From Heteronotia binoei (taxonomy: Eukaryota), in NCBI RefSeq assembly GCF_032191835.1, contig NC_083234.1, forward strand, positions 47,802,001 to 47,866,000: a stretch of DNA of 64,000 bases, read 5' to 3'. The notes below the pieces were generated by a model that saw only the letters and a list, made by a program, of their open reading frames with translations, was not told the origin of the DNA and searched no databases. The translations under genes and the position numbers were made by a program. Each line of letters begins with the position of its first letter. The stretch's first letter is position 1. Shown here piece after piece: positions 9,570 to 22,100 of this stretch.

Positions 9570-12500
9570 ATGGCTAACCCAAGTGGGATGATGGGCCATC
9601 TTGCAGAGTTCGACCCTGCCAACCCCGATAGGTGGGAGACCTACACGGAGCGGGTCGACTGCTACCTACGAGCGAACATGATTACAGACGTCAGCCGTAA
9701 GAGAGACATGCTCCTGAGTGTCTGCGGGGAAGCCACATTGGAGATCACAAAGGGTCTCTCAGCCCCCGCGAAGATCACAAAGAAAACGTATGAGGAGATA
9801 GTCAGACTCCTGACCGGGCACTTCTTGCCCCAGCCTTCCATCATTGCCAGCCGATTCCTCTTCCACAAGAGGGATCAAGGGGCGGGAGAGACAGCCGCCG
9901 TCTACCTGGCCGCCCTTTGCCAAATTGTGGGGAACTGCAGCTTCGACAAGCTGGATGAAGCCCTGAGGGATCGCTTTGTCTGGGGCCTCCGAGACGAAAG
10001 ACTGCAGCAAAAGCTCATTGCAAAGGAAGAGCTCACCCTCCAACTCACCTTCAACGAAGCCACTGTGTTCGAGAGAGCAACCAAAACTTACAACAACCTG
10101 CGAGCGGAAGCCGTCCACCAGGAGGAGATGGCACCAGGCAACCCAGAGGAGGAGGAGGCAAACCAGCTATGTCGCCAACCAGGAATGGGGCCGAGAGTGC
10201 CCACTCAGCCACGAGCAACAGAGAGACCAGCCAACACCAAGTGCGCCAGCTGTGGGGATCCACACGCGCTTTGGGACTGCCCCTATTGCAACGTGGACTG
10301 CAGGAACTGCGGAAGAGTGGGACACATAGCGCGGGCTTGCTGGGTCAAGGCCACCCGTAGACGCCAGTCCACCAACCATGATTCGACCGATGCCTACTCG
10401 ACCACATCGACTAGTGTGCAGGTAATGAACTTGCCCCTCACCACCCCAGATAAGGTCAGGGGGTTGGTCCAAATCGAGGGCACTCCATGTCTAATGGAGC
10501 TGGACTCGGGCTCCTCCATCTCCATAATTTCGGAGGAGTCTCTAAGAAAACTTTGTCCCCGTGGCCAGCCCTGGCTGCAACCGGTGGACTTCATACTGCA
10601 GGACTTTCAAAAAAACCCTGTACAGATTTTGGGTTGGGCCACTGTAAGGGTAGAGTTTAAGAACTTTAAGGGCAAGCTGGACATACTCGTGGTCAAACGC
10701 CAGCTCACCACATTACTGGGGCTGGCCTGGTTTCGACCGCTGGGTATTCAAATAGTGGGGGTGCAGCAGATGCGAACGCAAAATTTCGAGCACGTGTGCC
10801 GGGAATTCCCAGAAGTGTTTGATGGGTCCTTGGGGTGCTACAAGGGGCCTCCCATCACCTTACCCCTCGATCCCCATGTGAGACCAATAAGGCTGAAGGC
10901 CAGGCGAGTTCCGTTCGCTCTTAAACCAAAAATAGAAGCGGCGCTGGACCGCCTCATGGCCCAGGGAGTGCTAGAACAGGTATCCTATGCTGCATGGGAA
11001 ACACCCATAGTCACTCCAGTGAAGCCAAATGGAGATGTGCGCATATGCGCTGATTACAAGTGCACAATAAATAAGGCACTTCAGGACAACCCATACCCCA
11101 TTCCGGTGGTCAGCCACGTACTGGCAGCCCTAGCAGGCTCTAAGGATTTTGGGAAACTGGACTTGGCCCAGGCGTACCAGCAACTCTATGCTGTGAGCCG
11201 CCCTGAGCCACTTGTTGGGAAGGGCAGGATACAGCAGAAGCCCAGACCATTGTGACTCACAGAAGAGCTTTTCGGGTGTGATGGTTGCAATTTGGGGTTA
11301 GTGTGGCTCCGGGGATTTTTCAGAGCATAATGGATTCTCTTCTCAAAGGGATCCCCGGAGTGCAACCGTTTTTTGATGACGTTTTGATCGCCACCCCGGG
11401 CGCTGAGGAGTTCAGCAGCCGTCTGCGTGAGGTACTCCGCCGTTTCCAGGTGGTGGGACTTAAAGTAAAGCAGTAGAAATGTTCCCTCGGGGTGTCGAGG
11501 GTAGAGTTCTTGGGGTTTGCAGTAGACGCCACGGGAATCCACCTGACGGCCGACAAGACCAGGGCTAATGTCCATGCCCCAGCCCCCACGTGCAAGATGG
11601 AGTTACAAAGTTTCTTGGGATTATTAAATTTTTATCATTCATTTTTGCCCCACAAAGAGGCCATCGCAGAACCCCTTCATAGGCTCCTCGATAAAAACAC
11701 CCCATGGGTCTGGGAAAAGAAGCAGGCCTTCACTTTTCAGGCAGTCAAGGACCTCCTAGTTTCCAATGATGTGCTCCACCATTTTGACGAATCCTTACCA
11801 GTGATTCTGGCTTGCAATGCTTCCCCATACGGGGTGGGCGCCGTTCTGGGGCACCAACTCCCAGACGGGAGGGAGGTTCCCGTGGCCTATTATTTGAGGA
11901 CCCTGACCCCCGCGGAGCGCAACTATGCCCAGAGAGACAAGGAAGCCTTGGCAATAGCGGCGGGTGTGCATAAATTCAACAACTACCTGTGCAGTAGGCA
12001 TTTCACGATCGCCACGGACCATAAGCCACTACTGGGCCTCCTCGCCCCAGACCGCCAGACACCGCAAATTCTGTCACAGTGTGTCCTGCGGTGGAACCAG
12101 TTCCTCAACTCGTACACATATGCCCTGGTCCACCGCCCCAGCAAAGCTATGGGACATGTGGACGCCCTCAGCCGCCTGCCGCTGCCCTCTATGGACCTGG
12201 ATCCCGCCCCCACCCACCATGTGATGTTTATAGAGACTCTACCAGAGAGGCCCTTCTACGTCACTGAGGTAGTTAGGGCCACGGGTAGAGACTTCATCCT
12301 CGCATGTGTTTTAGACTGGGTTGGAAGGGGGTGGCCCGCGGGCAAACTGGATGCAGAATTCAGGGCATTTGCATCACGGAGAGAAGAACTGTCCATGCAC
12401 AAGGGGTGCCCTCTCTGGGATAGCAGGGAGGTGGTTCCCCCCCCCCCCCCCAATTGCGGAAGCAAGTGCTGGAAGTCCTACACAAAACACACCCGGGGAT

Positions 12501-13648
12501 AGTGCACATGAAGGCCCTGGCACGTAGCTATGTATGGTGGCCGGGAATGGATGAGGAATAGAAGGGTGGGTTCGAAGGTGCCAACCCTGCCAAGAGTCCT
12601 GACCGCATCCGCCCAGTGCCCCTGTCCACTGCTGAGAGTCCAACAGGAGGCCATGGTCCCGGTTACACCTAGACTTTGCGGGGCCATACCAGGGCCAAAT
12701 ATTCTTTATCTTGGTCGATGCATACACCAAGTGGTTGGAAGTGATTCCCGTAGCTTCAACCTCCACCGCGGCGGTGGTCAGAGCCTTGCGAAAGGTCTTT
12801 TGCACTCATGGGATTCCCGAGACCCTCGTCACGGACAATGGGACCGCTTTCACCTCCTGGGAATTCCAGGAGTTCTTGAATCGGTACCTCATCCAGCACA
12901 TTCGGTCTGCCCCTTTCCATCCAGCCACCAACGGCCAAGCAGAGTGCATGGTGCGCACCACTAAAGAGGCCCTGGGTCGCATTGTACAGGGAGATTGGGA
13001 TCACCGCCTGGCAGCCTTCCTACTTGATAACAGAATCACCCCCAACCCTGTCACTGGGTTAAGCCCTGCCGAGTTACTAATGGGGAGGAAGTTGATCCTG
13101 AGGCTAGACAGGTTGCATCCTGACTGGGCGACAGACCTCCGCAGTTCCCCCGAAACCAGGGAAGCCGCTAGGGGATTCTTTCCAGGGGATCCGGTATACG
13201 CAAAGAACTTTGCAAGCGGACCAGAGTGGTTAGCCGCCCGGGGTGCTGCGGGTCACCGGGTCCTGCTCCCACGAGGTCTCGTTGGAGCCAAATCCTAAGG
13301 AGGCATATTGACCAGCTGCGCCGTCGCACATTGCCGGAAGAACCGACAGCAATCGGGGGAGTGGGGAGTGGGGGAGTACTAACAGCAACACCCCTGGAAG
13401 CTGCGCAGCCTATGCTGGCTGCACCGACTATGCGGGCGGAAGAGCACCACAGCGGAGGGAGCACCCCCCCCAGAGAGGAGATTCCGGAACAGCAACAGGT
13501 GACGGACAGCCCTTTTCTGGCATCACCCCACTACGAGGAACCAGCCGCCCCGCCAGCCATGGCGGCCGCTCCAACTCCCCAGATAACCCCGAGGAGATCG
13601 ACCCGGGAACACAGGGCGCCAGCCTACTTGAAAGACTTCGTGTCTTGA
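9570..13648 (+). pseudogene. Gypsy gag-pol remnant (gag with two CCHC-type knuckles, aspartic protease, RT, RNase H, integrase)
   Basis: CASCGDPHALWDC and CRNCGRVGHIARAC knuckles; LDSGS protease; PFFDDVL RT; NYAQRDKEALA RNase H; VDAYTKWLEV integrase; RRSTREHRAPAYLKDFVS tail. Broken by a 44-nt insertion (11187-11230), in-frame TGA and TAG stops, a poly-C frameshift near 12440 and further frameshifts. Confidence 0.95.
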
Positions 13649-13650
13649 AC

Positions 13651-13667
13651 TGGGGTGGGGGGAGGAG
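13651..13667 (+). other. Polypurine tract
   Basis: tggggtggggggaggag immediately before the 3' LTR. Confidence 0.85.
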
Positions 13668-13946
13668 TGCTGTGTCTTGCATTTCAGTCCCGAAATTACA
13701 ACACAGCGGACGCTACGGAGGTGACCAGTGGAAGTCCACTGGTCTCCGGATGTAGCTCCGCAAATATGCTCCGCCAATCAAGATCTGTGGCGGGAAGTTT
13801 TACTGGCCAGGATTGGATCTGGCCAGACTGAGGGTTGTTCCAGGGTATGTATATAATCAGGACCCGGCCCGTGTTGCCTTGCCTTGTGATGTACTAGCTA
13901 ATAAAGCATGTTGCCTTCAACACGTCTCGTCACTCAGTACATTACA
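13668..13946 (+). repeat. 3' LTR
   Basis: 279 bp; about 18 substitutions versus the 5' LTR by manual count, no indels. Confidence 0.96.
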
Positions 13947-14722
13947 CACACACTTGTTGAGTAGGTGAAGGCTGGCTTCCTTTCCTGAAAGAGAAGTGCT
14001 GGGGCTAAAGCCCCACTAGTTCCTTCCTAGTGTGGGAAAGGCACTCCATGCATACTCAAAGGGACTCTTCTTTGCAAATGCCACAGCTCAGTTAGGCACT
14101 GAACATGGGTCTCAGGGCTAAACCCTGTGATATTTGGAATGAAATGTAGGTCTGTTGGTGACAATACAGATTGTCTTAGTAATGCTGTTATAGGTGTAAA
14201 ATGGGGAGGGAACTGTCTCTGGTCTAGAGATGCTCCTTCAATGGGCACAGATGGTTCACAAATATCTTTCCAATAGCAGTGATGGCTTTTCATGGCTGGT
14301 GGTTACTGGCAACAACACATACCTCTCTGGAGTAAAACAATTTGTGATCTGGAATGAAGGCAGCAAAGGGACAAGAGCCTCTCTTTTTTGTAATTGGTGT
14401 TTGCATATGGGGATCCTGATGCAGCTCTAAGGATTAACTTCTGAGCAACTGGATGCTTGCCCTGCACTTCCCTTCCCCATGTAAAGTTTGTATGTCTGAA
14501 AAGAAACAGATTCCCTCCCACCCCAAATGGTATGAGTCTGCTGCGCATCCTTCATGTAGAAAATGACCCTGTTTAATGGCTGCTGCCCTTGGAACTTGCA
14601 GCTGCTCAAAGAAGGTGGGAGCTATGAAATAATTGTTTTTCCTTCTTTGGTACAGAATGAAAAGCTCTCAAAATTCACAGACGCACATGCACACACATAA
14701 GAGACCTGAAAGGTCGCTCTTC

Positions 14723-14728
14723 TTTATT
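14723..14728 (-). terminator. Polyadenylation signal of GKN2
   Basis: tttatt on + (AATAAA on -), about 150 nt past the stop. Confidence 0.65.
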
Positions 14729-14874
14729 AGTAGCTATTGGGTTTGCAGCGCTGAAATGAAATACAAGAGAGCCTGAGAAGCCTGAAAATGGAGATCATTT
14801 CCCAAATTCTCAATGAGGTGGAAAGTTTCTTGGTTGGGAAGGGATCCAGCAAATGGCATCCTGATCAGCTCACA

Positions 14875-14957
14875 TTACAGGTTTATACGTCCACAGATTG
14901 AAATGCCCAAAATGCCAAGGATACCTGCTTTGGCACATCCTCCAGCACCCACTGTAC
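14875..14957 (-). CDS. GKN2: GKN2 exon 6
   Basis: catctag|GTACAGTG...CTGTAA on the minus strand. Confidence 0.93.
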
Positions 14958-16058
14958 CTAGATGTGAAACAGAAAATATAAATTGGTTACTCATACATGC
15001 ACAAATGCAAACACACTCCAAACTCAAATAGTTTAAGCTATTGTTTCAATATAGACCAAACTTTCTTCCATATAGGTAGACGTGGAAAAAAGCAAAAAGA
15101 CATTGGAAGGAAATACATGGAGAAATGCAGAATATATGAAAATTTAAATTCCCCATGGAAGCCAAAAATATGCTACTAGGTATATTGCCTAATAATTTGC
15201 CAAAAAATTGGAAGAGATATTCAAATACATGGTGACAGTGGCTAGAACGATCTATGCAGCAAAATGGAAAGTAGACCTTTATCCAAGCTTAGAAATAGGG
15301 AAAAATAAACTTGCCCAATATGCAGTGATGGTGAAATTAACAACTTTGAGAAACAGATCAGTTATGAAATCTGAGGAGAGATGGAGTATGTACTATGCAA
15401 ATAGAAATCAAATTTGGAAGAGCAGTAGTCTAAAATAATGTATACAATTGTATTGCAATGAAGAAGCAGAATGAAAATCAGCTCTAAATGTAATATGTTG
15501 AATATGAATGTGTATAAGGAGGCAGGTTTTGAAGAGAAACATTTTTTATTTTCTGCTATAAGATATATCTGGATAGCCTGGATGTGCCAAGATCTCGTGC
15601 CAAGATTTCATCAGATCTTGGAAGCTAAGCAGGACCTTGGAAGCTAAGCAACCCTGACAAATACTTGGAAGGGAGACCTTCTTGAAATACCAGGGCTAGG
15701 AGGCAGAGGCAGGATGTATCAAGCCACTTCTCTGAACATCCTCCATGTCCCAGTAAGGAATGCCAGAGTCACCATGACTTCCAGGCATGCATGCGTGCGT
15801 GCGTGCACACACACACACACACACACATGCACAAATACCCCCAGAAGATATACAATAGTCCTCCCTTCTGTATTTTTGTTATATTACCTAATTGCCAAAA
15901 GTAATAGCAACTGTGAGTATGCAGAAATGGCAAAACGTGTATTACTAAGTACACAGCAATGGTGAAATTAATAATTCAGTTGAAAAATACATTAAGTATA
16001 AAATTCAAAATGTAAAATATTGAATATAAATGTATCCCAATAGAAGTCAGTTTTATAT

Positions 16059-16105
<47 letters not shown>

Positions 16106-19100
16106 TTCCGTAACTTATATCCCGCCCTTCCCACAAGTGGCTCAGGGCGGCTTACAACAAATAATAAAACAATAAAATCGGAACAAATTAATACATTTAA
16201 ATTCAAACATTTTAAACCTAAAAACCTTAAAATTTTACATTTTACATTAAAACTGTGCAGTATAATCACAAAAATCTAAGATCTAGAAAGCTACATTTGT
16301 CTAGTCAGGCGTAGGCTAACCAGAAGAGGGTCGTCTTACAGACCCTGCGGAACTGAGTAAGATCCCGCAGGGCCCTCACCTCTTCCGGTAGCTGGTTCCA
16401 CCACATAGGGGCCGTTGTGGAAAAGGCCCTGTCTCTAGTTGTTTTGAGGCGCACTTCCTTGGGCCCGGGGATGGTGAGAAGATTTTGAGTCCCAGATCTC
16501 AGTACTCTCTGGGGAACGTGTGGGGAGAGACGGTCCCTCAGGTAGGCAGGTCCCAGGCCATATAGGGCTTTAAAGGTAATGACCAGCACCTTGTACCGGA
16601 CTCGGTATATTATTGGAAGCCAGTGCAGAGCCCGAAGACCTGGCCGAATGTGCCCCCATCTTGGGAGGCCCAATAACAGCCGGGCCGCGGCATTCTGCAC
16701 CAGCTGCAATTTCCGGGTCCGGCACAGGGGCAGCCCCATGTAGAGGGCATTGCAGTAATCCAACCTCGAGGTGACCGTAGCATGGATCACTGTTGCTAGG
16801 TCGTCGGGGTCCAGGAAGGGGGCCAACTGCCTTGCCCGTCTAAGATGAAAAAACGCGGACTTGGCAGTGGTCGCTATCTGGGCCTCCATATTTAGGGATG
16901 GCTCCAGTAGCACCCCCAAGCTTTTGACCCTGTCCGCCGGCCTCAGCGGGACACCGCCAAAAGCTGGCAGGGGGATTTCCCCCCCCCGGCCCCCGACGGC
17001 CCAAACAAAGGACCTCTGTCTTCGCAGGATTCAATGCCAGTCCACTCAGTCTGAGCCACTCGGCCACGGCCTGTAATGCCCGATCTAAGTTATCTGGAGC
17101 GCAGACCGGTCGGCCGTCCATAAGCAGAAAGAGCTGGGTGTCATCAGCATACTGGTGGCACCCCAGCCCATACCTTCGGGCAATCTGGGCAAGAGGTCGC
17201 ATATAGATGTTAAATAACATCGGGGAGAGAACCGCTCCCTGGGGCACCCCACAGTCGAGTGAGCGCCTCTGGGATAGTTCCCCCCCAATCGCGACCCTTT
17301 GTCCCCGACCTTCAAGGAAAGAGGAAAGCCACTGCAAGGCCAACCCCTGAATCCCTGCGTCGGCGAGGCGGCAAGTCAGCAACTGATGGTTGACTGTATC
17401 GAACGCCGCTGATAGGTCCAACAGCATCAGCACTGCCGAGCCACCCCGATCCAGATGCCGTTGGAGGTCATCTACTAGGGCGACCAACACCGTCTCCGTC
17501 CCATGACCTGGGCGGAAGCTGGACTGAAGTGGGTCAAGGATGGAAGCGTCCTCCAGGAATTTTGTAGACAGTGACCCCAAAACCTTTCAATGTAATGAAG
17601 GGGATGATGGGGATAAATATTTTCTATTTCGTAGATGTTTAATATTTTGGGTAATATGATTAACTTCTTATGAGCATTAAAATGGCAGATTATGGAAAAA
17701 GTGGTTAAAAATATTAGGGGCTGTAAATGCCTCAGAAAGTGATGCTGTCTGTTTCATCATTGTTATAGTAACTGTACCAGCAAATCTGTCATTCCAGGTG
17801 GCAGAACTGTTTAAATCTAGCTGAATCCAAGTTCCCATTGTACTTCAGCAATAGGTTACAAAGCAATTCTGTAAAGGCTCAGTTCTAAACAAAGGAGCAC
17901 TTGCGTTCTTCATACTCACTTTCAACTCTTTCAACTTTGTAAATAGGCACACCCTTGCAGAGCTTCTCGATAGAGCTGCCAAAGACAAGCCACTCCTTGA
18001 TTTCTCCAAAGAAAGAATTACTGGGTTCATATTGCACCCATATATTTTTTGGGGAGAACATCTTGTTCAGCATCTGAAAGAAGAGCATGTTTAAAAAAGA
18101 AAAAGATGAGGATTTTTTCCTGGTGGCTCCAGACCCATTGAAACTGCCCTTCTCCCCAAATGGGATGGTTGTAGGGATCTTGAATAGTTTTCCTTGCATA
18201 TACTCTTCCTAACTTTTATACTCTCAATAACCCAGAATCTAGACATCATATTTGTTGGAATCCAGACAGATAAGTCAGGAATTCACCTGGTTCCCTAAAA
18301 TTATTTTCTGCCGCCACTCAAGAAGTGATAGTTGTCATATTGGATCTCATGCAATCTGTTGTCTACTTTCAATATTCTCACAGTAGGCTATGCTTGGAGA
18401 AGGAAGAAGTTTGATTTGGGTTCAGGTTCAGATAACATTCAAAGACTGGGGGACACACTACCCCCTAGCAGTGCCCACAGTCCTGAACTTGGTCATCTGG
18501 CTAGCCTACTGAATCTTCAGCCCCTTCCCAGTGATCCAAAGCTCTTACACTAGTGCCATCTGTTGATGCTGCATCTGTGTGCACAGTAGCAGTGCTGTTG
18601 TTAGCCACCCTGAGCCTACTCTGGCAGGGAGGGCGGGATATAAATACGAAAAATAAATAAATAAATAAATAAATAAACAAAAATACTGCGTGTAGCAGCA
18701 AATTTGGATCCAAGATCCAGTCCCTGACCTTGGAAGGCATTGCGCTAAATTGCAGCTAAAGCCCTAGTAACTATTGCTAGCCTTTTCTGGGTACTATGGT
18801 ATAATCCGTATGTATCACTCTGGTATCCAGACATGGTTTGCCTGTTGTCATCATAGGACATACCTATACCACAGATGTCAACAAGGAAGCTGGAACCTGT
18901 AATGCTGTGATGGAAGGCTATGGAAATCTAGCAGAATTCACAGCAATCTTGAAAAACTACATTCTTTGGTGGAAGCCATAAATTAATAGTATAAAACCAA
19001 AATATGTATATAAAATGGATATGCCCATATAGATTTCTCTATCCTTCCCCAATACAGTTACCTGTTTCTCATAAGCAAGCTTTCCAATTAAGTCCAGTTC

Positions 19101-22100
19101 TGGAATGTAGCCTTTTTCCATCTTGTACACAAAGCAGGCTCGTCGAGAAAACAATCTTGTTGCAATGTATCCCTGTCATTTACAAAAGCAAGAAATAACT
19201 GAGCAAGGATAGACAATTATGAGATGTGGAAATCTATACATGATAAGGTTCCCTACTCTGCCATTGTTTGCCAAGGCAAGAGTCATGGGTTTTAATAGCA
19301 TTAAGGCTGAACTAAAGGAAGATGATGGAAAGATAAAACTCAATGACAAAGAAAGTTCAAAACAAATTGTAAGTACTGTAAGAAAAATGTGTATGCCTTT
19401 TTGAATTCCATGCAACTAACTGTTCCTAGTCAAACATTCATTCATAAACACTATTTCTTGTGCAAAAAAAAAAAAATCTCCTGGCCACATATGAGCCCAA
19501 TGGATATTGTTTATGGTAATGCTAAAATCAGATTAATATATAATCTTGACACTGGGTAATTAAGTTTTGTTGTAATGCGCATTTAACAGATAAACGGTTC
19601 CATCTGGGTATGATTCACAATGGACTCCAAAGAGTGTGCACAAATGGAGACAGTTGTAAAGAGAGGCAGATCTTTAGATAACTTACATGTTTGTAGTCAA
19701 AAATTGTATCGGAAGAGCATGTTCCACCATATACATGGATATTGGCTACTTGATTCTCATTATCAATGGTCACTGTTTGCTGGGTATAATCACCAGTGTC
19801 ACTGGGGATCCTGTAGACCTAAGAATAAAAGAAGCAGAAACTATTTTATTTTCAGCACTTCTTTCCAGAAAGTGAAAACAAGGAAAGTGTGTTGCCTGTT
19901 GCAATTTCACAGCACAGCTAAGCTGTGGCAGTCCCATTAGAGTATGTCTTCTTACTAACTTTGAAAGAAGATCTAAAACTAAATGTCTCTCCATAGTGGC
20001 AGGGACTACTAAGAAGTGTCTCTTGGGTCCAAGAAGTCTGGGTCATGTAAAGAAGCACAGCAGATTCAGAGAAACACGGGAAACTGTAGCAGTTGCAAAT
20101 TGTAACCCAGAGTTTCCCAAGCTTCTAATAACAGGATGTATACTTTGTACATTTAAAACTTTGCAGGCATATTTCATTCTTATACTTTAAAAAAAGCATG
20201 TAAGAATTACCCATTCTCATAGGAGCCAACCAACTCCTTATACTTCTGCCTGCTGTAGACCTGAGATTTCATCCTCAGAAGGAGGCAAGCCCAGAACAGT
20301 GGTTCATACAGAGATACACCAGGGACCATCATTTAAGGCTGGTATTTCTGCTGAATTTCTGCATGGGAAGCCACTGAATGAACCAAGCGTACCCAAAACA
20401 GTTATGTAGCAAAATTATCTGTAATCTCCCAACAGTGGTTGATTGGAAGAAGAATGGCAAGAACAATTTCATCATGCAGAGACATAGCAGGCAATTTCCT
20501 TTGGCTAATAGGAGAGCCTGGCACAGAGTTTGGAAATTTCTGTTTTAATCCAATGTGGAAGTGCAGTCTTTTTCTTTCACCATTTTGGTGGTGCAGTAGA
20601 GACAGCCTGTTCTGTTTCTTGGATCTCATGCCCTCCCTCCCATTGTCTAGTATTTTTTCCCCTTGGATATACAAAATGGAACATAAAACTTTGTATTTTG
20701 CTTACCTGAAAAGTTGCAGAAGCTTGACACCAGAAGACCCCCAGAACAGCGACTAGTATTAGCTGGAAAAGAAGGGAAATAGCAGGATTATTATTCCAAA
20801 GGAAATTTGGGCCACAATCATTCTTTTTCTGGGTCCCTTCTAAATTTATGCTATACACTGAGTCTAGAATAAGCCTAGGACTACCATCAAGGGTTGACAA
20901 CCTCAAGGTGTGGTCTGGAGTCCTCCTGGAATTACAACTGATCTTTAGACTAGAGGGGACAGTTTTCCTGGAGGAAACGACAGTTTCAAAAGAGAGGTTC
21001 TGTGGCATCACATGCTTGCTGAGCTCCCTCCCAAGGCTACACTCCAAATTCTCCAGGAGTTTCCAAAGCCAGAGTAAGCAACTGTAAGTGAGCCAACACC
21101 AGTCTCCTGTTCTGCTAGTGAATATGCAGAGCTCCTTGCAGACAATTGTGTGCATATAGCTTGCTGCTCTCTGCAAAGATCTGAGGCACGGAATGGTAAC
21201 TCTCTCGCTGGTGGGGGTATATTGACCCTTTAATTCACCTGGCAAGTTTCTAGTGGGTCACTGCCCTGAACAATTGGGAGCAGTCCACCAAGCCAAGTGC
21301 TAATGGCATAATTAGAACCACATGAGCTCTTAAGCTCTAGGTCAACAGCAATATAAGCTAGGGTAGGCAACCAAGAAGAGCATCAAAGATGTGTAGTGCA
21401 TATATTTCACTGGTTTTAGGTTGGGTTGATACTCAGTTTTTAAAAGTCGCATACTAAATATTTATGCCTTTTTTCTCTTATCTTTCTTTCTTCTGCAAAT
21501 TTTACAATGTGAATTATTAAATGAATTTGTTGCATTAATACTTTTATTTGGAAATTAACCTCCCCCCCCCCAAAAAAATGTATAGATTGCAAACAGAATA
21601 GGCCCTTTCACAATGTGGCAAAGCCAGAAAGTCAAGTTGAGGTGCCAGCAATAGCAGAGAAGTGGGAAGCAAATGGGTTATAGTCCATCAGATTCTTCTC
21701 TTGTGTATGCCCCACTGAAACAAACAGGACTGAGAATAGCTCTGTGTCTGAATACAACTGCTATTGACTCCAGGGAGGTTTGTGGAAGAGAATTTGCTGG
21801 CAGATTGTGCTCTATGTCAACATAGAGGATTGTATGTCTCAAGAGCCAAACTATTTGAGGCTGGTCTCATATCAAAAGCATAGAATATGTTCCTGCTGTT
21901 ACTTAACTGTCCTCAGAAATGGATGCTGCAGTTACAGAAATACGTTCAGGCAAAAACCAGCCTAATACTCCCTCTGGTGAGAAGATCCCCCAGTGAATCT
22001 ACTGGTGTGTATATTTTGGCAAGGAAAACTGGCTTCTGTCCTCTTATACGACCTAATGAATGATGGCATATGATTTATCTCAAAGAGTTCCCCCTCTTAC

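Larger units (their letters stand above)
9176..13946 (+). mobile_element. Full-length Ty3/Gypsy LTR retrotransposon (Mag-like), disabled
   Basis: Two 279-bp LTRs (TG...CA), 5-bp TSD CACAC (9171-9175 and 13947-13951), PBS, PPT and gag-PR-RT-RH-IN domain order. Confidence 0.97.

Noticed and set aside
20211-20260. Possible extra GKN2 exon starting GTCTACAG like exon 3, with AG/GT ends
   Set aside because: 50 nt (frameshifting), poor pyrimidine tract and no similarity beyond 8 nt; likely chance.
20577-21245. 222-aa minus-strand ORF
   Set aside because: Only [19 protein letters not shown] (GKN2 exon 2) is meaningful; the rest is intron read-through.
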